Shown one piece after another: positions 63,655-64,000 of a stretch of DNA of 64,000 nucleotides (its first letter is position 1; every line of letters begins with the position of its first letter). The stretch spans positions 17,265,374 through 17,329,373 of the forward strand of contig JAUZTB010000069.1 of assembly GCA_034780895.1 (NCBI GenBank), read 5' to 3'. This stretch comes from Rhynchobatus australiae. Its lineage: Eukaryota. The translations under genes were made by a program, and so were the position numbers. The notes beneath the pieces were generated by a model. That model was not told the DNA's origin, did no database searches, and worked only from the letters and a program-made list of their open reading frames with translations.

Positions 63655-64000
63655 CTTGAGAGGTAGGAGAATAAGTTGTGAAGAAAACATAAGCAAGCTA
63701 CAACAGAGATACAGAGATTCAAATAAGTAGGCAAATATCTAGTAAACACATTATGTGGGGAAATATATAATTGATCATTTTGGCAGAAAAAAATTAAATA
63801 GGTATATAATATAAATGATGAGAGAAGGAGCTCTGGGTGTCCTAGTGCATGATTTGGAAAAGACTGGTATGCACATACTGCAAGTAATTAAGAAAGCTGA
63901 CAGAGCATTACTATTAATGCTAGGGGAATAGAATAGACAAGTATGGAGACTATGCTTCCTTTATGCAGGGCTTTGATGAGGGACATCTGGAATATTGTGT
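63655..64000 (+). mobile_element. CR1-type LINE, 3' continuation of the interrupted copy
   Basis: Decayed region following the FADD motif (...gttgtgaagaaaacataagcaagctacaa...), running to the window end. Confidence 0.75.

Overview
Eukaryotic vertebrate genomic DNA, AT-rich, from a gapped draft assembly. The repeat content (CR1 LINE fragments, HE1/V-SINE-like and Deu-domain SINEs, Penelope-like termini) points to a cartilaginous fish, probably a ray or relative (inference). Bases 100-55491 (+) hold the 3' two-thirds of the non-erythroid alpha-spectrin gene SPTAN1 (spectrin repeats, SH3, calpain/caspase/calmodulin insert, EF hands, stop at 55489-55491). I traced 40 phase-compatible exons by hand; all visible splice sites are GT-AG and three exons overlap N gaps (two lose their 5' ends). 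They include four short alternative exons known from mammals (60, 15, 18 and 63 nt). The last two exons of WDR34/DYNC2I2 lie tail-to-tail on the minus strand (58918-60808). Most supplied ORFs are intronic noise, N-runs or LINE remnants. Most notable: (1) Penelope-derived termini carrying minimal hammerhead-ribozyme cores, all antisense to SPTAN1, one with an intact core and a perfect stem I; (2) a calpain-site exon lacking the mammalian Tyr1176; (3) conserved cardiac and SH3-insert cassette exons with QKI/RBFOX motif clusters; (4) a repeat apparently supplying a constitutive 3' splice site; (5) a speculative unannotated cassette exon spanning a gap. No wholly new system can be proven from sequence alone.
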